NCBI GenBank assembly: GCA_021798415.1
Contig: JAJZGO010000004.1
Location: 1-49,970, forward strand
Length of the DNA: 49,970 nucleotides
From: Thermoplasmata archaeon
GTDB taxonomy: Archaea > Thermoplasmatota > Thermoplasmata > Lutacidiplasmatales > UBA184
Direction of reading: 5' to 3'
Each line of letters starts with the position of its first letter. Positions within the stretch are counted from its first letter, which is position 1. Below are positions 45,611 to 49,970 of the stretch, piece after piece. A program made the position numbers and the translations under genes. The notes below the pieces were generated by a model. The model ran no database searches, was not told where the DNA came from, and saw only the letters and a list, made by a program, of their open reading frames with translations.

Positions 45611-46486
45611 ATGACCGCACGACCGAACGACCCGCCCCGCGACCTCCTCGTCTCCGGGCACGTGAACGTCGACCGGTTCCTGTCGGTTCGCGCGTTCCCG
45701 TTGGCCGACCGGACCGTCCCCGTGGTCGGGAACCGGACCGAGCTTGGAGGGACCGCGTCGAACCTCGTGCGCGTCGCGTCGACCTATGGGGTCGCGAGCG
45801 GCTTGGTCGCTCGCGTCGGCGAGGGTTTCCCGCCCGAGTTCCGACGCCGCCTCGAGCGCGCGGGGATCGACCTCCGCGGGCTCGTGACGGTCCCCGGGCG
45901 GCCGACGCCTACCTGCTTTATCCTCGAGGACAGCAAGGGCGGTCAGCGGACGTTGATCGACCAGGGACCGATGGCGGACGCAGGCCACGCGCCGCTCCCC
46001 GGCGACTGGATCCGGGAGTACAGCTGGGCCCACCTCACGACCGGCGACCCCGACTTCCAGCTCCGGCTCGCGCGACGGGCTCGCGCCTCGGGACTCCACG
46101 TCGCCGCCGACCCGGCGCAGGAGATCCACTACCGCTGGGACCGCCGCCGCTTCGCCGGGCTCCTTGACGAGTGCGAGCTCCTGTTCGGCAACCGCTCCGA
46201 GATCGCGCGTGCCCTCGTGCTCGTCGGCGCCCGCTCGCTCGATCGGTTGCTCGACCATGTCCCGCTCGTCGTCCGGACCGAGGGCCGCGCCGGCGCCTCG
46301 GCGTTCTCCCGGGCCGGACGCGAGCACGTCCCTTCGGTCCGCCCGAGGGGCCCCCGGACGTTCGTCGGCGCGGGCGACGCGTTCCGCGGCGGGTTCTACG
46401 CAGCCTTTTTTGGGGGCCGCCCGATGAAGGAGTGTCTGACCGCCGGCGCCCGGGCCTCCGCGGCCTGGATCGACGGACCGGGTTAG
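45611..46486 (+). CDS. PfkB-family carbohydrate/nucleoside kinase
   Basis: GHVNVD, GGTA.N, DPAQE, FGNRSE, GAGDAFRGGF. Confidence 0.9.
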   Translation: MTARPNDPPRDLLVSGHVNVDRFLSVRAFPLADRTVPVVGNRTELGGTASNLVRVASTYGVASGLVARVGEGFPPEFRRRLERAGIDLRGLVTVPGRPTPTCFILEDSKGGQRTLIDQGPMADAGHAPLPGDWIREYSWAHLTTGDPDFQLRLARRARASGLHVAADPAQEIHYRWDRRRFAGLLDECELLFGNRSEIARALVLVGARSLDRLLDHVPLVVRTEGRAGASAFSRAGREHVPSVRPRGPRTFVGAGDAFRGGFYAAFFGGRPMKECLTAGARASAAWIDGPG

Positions 46487-46499
46487 GGAGGGAGCGCGC

Positions 46500-47747
46500 G
46501 TGGAGATGCATGCGTTCGGCCGCCTCACGGAGGTCGACGTCGCGCGCCGCCGGCTCCTCTCCGCCGCCCGACCGGTACGACGCACCGAGACCCTTCCCGT
46601 CGCCGAGGCGTTCGGACGCGTGGCGGCGGCCACGATCCGGGCGCCGTTCCCGGTGCCGTCGTTCGCGCGCACGACCTGGGACGGCTACGCCGTCCGGTCG
46701 AAGGACACCACCGCGGCCGGGCCCGGGCGCCCGGTTTCGCTGCGGATCGTCGGCGAGGTCTTCGCCGAGCAGGCGTATGCCGGCCGACTCGGCGCGGGGG
46801 AGACGGTCGCGATCGCGACCGGTGGAGCGATCCCTCCGGGCGCCGACGCCGTCGTCATCTTCGAGGAGGTCGAGAGGACGGAAGGGTCGATCGTCGTCCG
46901 TCGGCGCATCCCGGCCGGCGATCGGATCAGCCGACCCGGCCACGACTTCCCCCGCGGTGCCGCGCTCGTGCGCCAGGGCACGGAGCTCTCGGCGACCGCG
47001 CTCGGCACGCTCGCGGCGTGTGGGGTTCCGACCGTGCCGGTCTACGCCCGGCCGGTCGTGGCGGTCGTCCCCAACGGCAACGAACTGCTCGTCCCCGGGG
47101 CTCCGCCGCGGACCGGTATGATCTACGAGAGCAACAACGCGACGATCGCCGCCGTCGTCACTGCCGCGGGCGGGATCCCCCGGCTCTCGGACCCGGTCCC
47201 GGACGACCCGGCGGTGATCGAGCGGGCGATCCGCGCCGCGCTCGACTCCTCCGACCTGGTCCTCGCGACCGGGGGGAGCTCGGTCGGCGAGCGGGACCAC
47301 CTGCCGCGGATCCTTCCTCGCCTCGGGACCCTCCTCTTCCACGGGGTCGCCGTCCGTGCCGGCAAGCCGACGCTGGCCGCCCGAGTGGGCGACAAGCTCG
47401 TGGTGGGCCTTCCCGGTCACCCGACGTCGTGCCTGGCGAACATGTACTGGCTCATCCTGCCCGTGCTGCGGAAGATCGCCCGCCGTGCCGGTCCCGGGTT
47501 CACCGAAGGGTGGGCGGTCCTGGGCCGCGACGCGATGGCGCCGTCCGCCGGGCTCGCCACGATCGTGCCCCTACGTTTCGAGAACGGCCGAGCCTACTCG
47601 ACGTTCCGGGGCTCCTCGATCATCACGAGCCTATCGGGCGCGACGGCGTTCGCGATGCTGCCGCCCGGACGGCGGGTCGTGCGCGCGGGGGCCAGGATCC
47701 GGGTCTACCACCTCGACCCTCCGCTCGGTACGGCGCGCCCGCAGTGA
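46500..47747 (+). CDS. moeA: molybdopterin molybdenumtransferase
   Basis: DGYAV, IATG..IPPGADAVV..E, GNEL, IYESN, TGGSSVG.RD, GKPT, LPGHP.S. Confidence 0.92.
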   Translation: MEMHAFGRLTEVDVARRRLLSAARPVRRTETLPVAEAFGRVAAATIRAPFPVPSFARTTWDGYAVRSKDTTAAGPGRPVSLRIVGEVFAEQAYAGRLGAGETVAIATGGAIPPGADAVVIFEEVERTEGSIVVRRRIPAGDRISRPGHDFPRGAALVRQGTELSATALGTLAACGVPTVPVYARPVVAVVPNGNELLVPGAPPRTGMIYESNNATIAAVVTAAGGIPRLSDPVPDDPAVIERAIRAALDSSDLVLATGGSSVGERDHLPRILPRLGTLLFHGVAVRAGKPTLAARVGDKLVVGLPGHPTSCLANMYWLILPVLRKIARRAGPGFTEGWAVLGRDAMAPSAGLATIVPLRFENGRAYSTFRGSSIITSLSGATAFAMLPPGRRVVRAGARIRVYHLDPPLGTARPQ

Positions 47748-47799
47748 CCCGCACCCGGCGCGACGACAACGGTTAAGCGCCCCGGACGGCTCGTCCGGC

Positions 47800-48630
47800 G
47801 TGGCCCGCCGAGACCTCGGGGTCGCGATCCTCTCGATCGAAGGGACGAACAACGACGAGGAGCTGTTCGTCGCGCTCTCCGCGCTCGGGGCGAACCCCGA
47901 GATCGTCCACCTGAAGCAACTCGAGGGCCGGGACGTGACGCGGGAGGAGCGCCGCCGGCTCGACGACTACCGGGTCCTCTTTCTGCCCGGCGGATTCTCC
48001 GCCGGGGATTACGTCCGGGCGGGGGCGATCTTCGCCGCGCGCCTCCGGGCATCGATCGGCGTCGAGCTGGAAGAGTTCGTGCGGTCGGGACGGCTCGTGG
48101 GCGGGATCTGCAACGGGTTCCAGGTGCTGACGGAGCTCGGCCTCTTGCCCGGACGCCCGGGCGGGCGCCTCGGCGCCCCGGAGGCGGCCCTGATGACGAA
48201 CGACAGCGGCCGGTACGAGTGCCGTCCGACGTTCCTCGCGTGGGACGGCGGACGGTTTCCGGCGCTGGAGGACGTGCCGAAGGGCACGCGGTACCTCTTC
48301 CCGTCCGGCCATGGGGAGGGGAAGCTCGTCCTGAGCGGCGACGAGGAAGCGCACCGCCGTCGTCTCGAGGAGAACGGCCAGGTCCTCTTCCGCTGGGTCG
48401 CGCCGGACGGGGGGCCGGCGACGTACCCGTGGAACCCGAACGGTTCGGCGGGGAACATCGCCGGGCTCACGAACCCGGAGGGGAACGTCTTCGGCCTGAT
48501 GCCGCACCCCGAGCGGGCGCTCGACCGGGCGCAGGCGCCGGACTGGACGCGGACCGGCTCGTCGAAGGGGTACGGGGACGGGGAGAGGTTCCTCCGCGCG
48601 ATCCTCGACTACGCCGAGCGCCAGCGGTAG
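47800..48630 (+). CDS. purQ: phosphoribosylformylglycinamidine synthase glutaminase subunit
   Basis: EGTNN, PGGFSAGDY, GICNGFQ, HGEGK, NPNGS, MPHPER; GTG 27 nt after TTAAG. Confidence 0.95.
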   Translation: MARRDLGVAILSIEGTNNDEELFVALSALGANPEIVHLKQLEGRDVTREERRRLDDYRVLFLPGGFSAGDYVRAGAIFAARLRASIGVELEEFVRSGRLVGGICNGFQVLTELGLLPGRPGGRLGAPEAALMTNDSGRYECRPTFLAWDGGRFPALEDVPKGTRYLFPSGHGEGKLVLSGDEEAHRRRLEENGQVLFRWVAPDGGPATYPWNPNGSAGNIAGLTNPEGNVFGLMPHPERALDRAQAPDWTRTGSSKGYGDGERFLRAILDYAERQR

Positions 48631-49270
48631 CCGGCCCCGCGGGCGCCCGACCGGCCCGGTCCGCGACATCGAGCCGCCAGACGTCAAGCCGTTCGCCTTC
48701 GAGCGATCGCGAGGCGACCACGCTCCGCCGTCCCCCCGCCGCGCGCCAGGCGCCGGCGAGCTCGTCGAGCGCGGAGGCGTCCTGTACCGTAGAGACGACC
48801 ACGTACGCCTCCCCGCGGGGGGCGAGGTGGTCGGCCAGGTCGTGGAGCAGGCGAGCGAGCACCCGGCAGCCGTCGGGACCCCCGTCGAGCGCGAGGCTCG
48901 TCCAAGGGTCGGGGTCCCGTTCCTCGGGCTGCGTCGGGAGGTACGGGGGGTTCGCGAGCACCCGATCGAACCGACCGAGGCCGTGGGCGAGGTCCGTGCG
49001 CACGCACTCGAGGTCGAGACCTTCCGACCGCGCGGCCTCCCGCAGCCTCGCGAGCGCGCCCGGGTTCCGGTCGGTCGCCACGACGCGGGCTCCCGCGCGC
49101 CCGGCCGCCATCGCGGCGATCCCGGAGCCCGCGCCGACCTCGAGCACGCGCGTTCCCGGGGCGACGGTTGCGAACGGGAGCAGGAGGAACGAATCCTCTC
49201 GCGGCGGGTAGACCGAGGGGATCGCGACCCGGGAACCTCGCCGCTCCGTTGGCGTGCGAATCCGCTGCAT
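48467..49270 (-). CDS. HemK2/PrmC-family protein methyltransferase
   Basis: VYPPREDSFLL, LEVGAGSG, ANPPYLP, ALDGG.DG; Arg-rich tail overlaps purQ. Confidence 0.88.
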   Translation of the reverse strand: MQRIRTPTERRGSRVAIPSVYPPREDSFLLLPFATVAPGTRVLEVGAGSGIAAMAAGRAGARVVATDRNPGALARLREAARSEGLDLECVRTDLAHGLGRFDRVLANPPYLPTQPEERDPDPWTSLALDGGPDGCRVLARLLHDLADHLAPRGEAYVVVSTVQDASALDELAGAWRAAGGRRSVVASRSLEGERLDVWRLDVADRAGRAPAGPATAGARRSRGSRGGTSPRPRTPSTSRSASSPAPAPGRAPARGAASGRRRSPPGS

Positions 49271-49340
49271 GGCCGTTCCGGGGCGCGATGCCTTCTTATT
49301 CGCCCCCCGCCTAGAAGGAGCGCCTACGCACTTATTCTCC

Positions 49341-49898
49341 ATGCCTCGACGTCTCTCTCCTCCGGTCAAGATCGGCATCACGGGTCTGCCCGGGGCCGGA
49401 AAGACCCAGACGCTCTTGCGGATCATCCAGCTCCTCGAGGAGGAGGGCGTGGTCGTCGGGGGGATGGTCACGGAGCCGATCGTCGAGAAGCAACGACGCA
49501 CCGGCTTCAAGATCACGAACTGGCTCACGAAGGAGCACGCGGTCTTCGCGCACGAGGGGCTCAAGTCGCGGGTGAAGTCCGGTCGCTACGGCGTCAACCT
49601 CGCCGCGCTCGAGGACCTCGGCACCCGGGCGCTCGCCCAGGCGCGCGAGTCCGCCGACGTGATCGTGATCGACGAGGTCGGGAAGATGGAGGTCGAGAGC
49701 GACCCTTTCACCCAGGCGGTCACCGAGACCCTCGACGCGAAGAAGTCGATCGTGATGACGCTCCACAAGAAGTCGCGCAACCCCTTGCTCCAGGATATTC
49801 GTCGGAGGGACGAGCTACGCCTGCTCGAGGTGACGCCGGTCAACAAGAACCTCCTCGCGTTCAAGATCGTCTACCTGATCACGGGTCGGGCGCACTAG
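49341..49898 (+). CDS. THEP1-type nucleoside triphosphatase
   Basis: ITGLPGAGKT, GG..TE, GRYGVN, VIDEVGKME. Confidence 0.92.
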   Translation: MPRRLSPPVKIGITGLPGAGKTQTLLRIIQLLEEEGVVVGGMVTEPIVEKQRRTGFKITNWLTKEHAVFAHEGLKSRVKSGRYGVNLAALEDLGTRALAQARESADVIVIDEVGKMEVESDPFTQAVTETLDAKKSIVMTLHKKSRNPLLQDIRRRDELRLLEVTPVNKNLLAFKIVYLITGRAH

Positions 49899-49970
49899 TC
49901 CCGGGCCGCGAAGGGGCGACGGACCTTCTGCTCCCTACCGCCCGGGAAGGCCCGGGCCCCCGAGAGCGCG

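Noticed and set aside
2224-48687. Many long antisense or alternate-frame ORFs (for example 2224-4440, 8077-10035, 23654-25633, 27093-29102, 36760-38973)
   Set aside because: Expected from stop-codon scarcity in GC-rich DNA; each mirrors a well-supported gene
1-49970. Genome-wide TAG reassignment (for example to pyrrolysine)
   Set aside because: TAG ends many genes at their expected C-termini, including moaD directly after the obligatory GG, pdaD, korB, rpoP and SBDS; no pyl genes are in the window
1-49970. CRISPR arrays, tRNA/rRNA genes, IS elements, integrases, defence systems
   Set aside because: No spaced direct repeats, cloverleaf with T-loop consensus, terminal inverted repeats or such ORFs were seen by eye; short or split tRNAs could have been missed

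Overview
High-GC (roughly 70%) archaeal chromosomal segment, most consistent with a Thermoplasmata lineage (inference from gene set and order; not verified by search). It is densely packed with about 55 housekeeping genes: glucose dehydrogenase with a KDG-aldolase-like gene, rps8e-srp19-GPN GTPase, Mrp, ADP-forming acyl-CoA synthetase, moaD/moaE/moeA, 2-oxoacid:ferredoxin oxidoreductase, an envelope cluster (multi-TM protein, flippase, DedA), pyrC, purM, purQ, polB-udg, rps12-rps7-EF-2, radB-ogt, a beta-CASP nuclease, the psmA-SBDS-rrp4-rrp41-rrp42-rpl37ae-rpoP cluster and glyS. I saw no CRISPR array, tRNA, rRNA, transposase or integrase. The main anomalies are: (1) a ~270-nt, heavily base-paired intergenic element beside rps8e-srp19 that lacks canonical SRP and RNase P RNA motifs but faintly echoes RNase P motif order; (2) an in-frame TAG three codons after the catalytic Lys of the aldolase; (3) an rnhB with no in-frame ATG/GTG/TTG upstream of its catalytic motif (ACG start candidate); (4) an EF-2 with non-canonical P-loop and switch-I motifs; (5) a 39-nt AT-rich synonymous-codon island inside an HTH regulator; (6) twin 19-bp palindromes downstream of EF-2. 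All calls come from reading motifs by eye; no database search was run.
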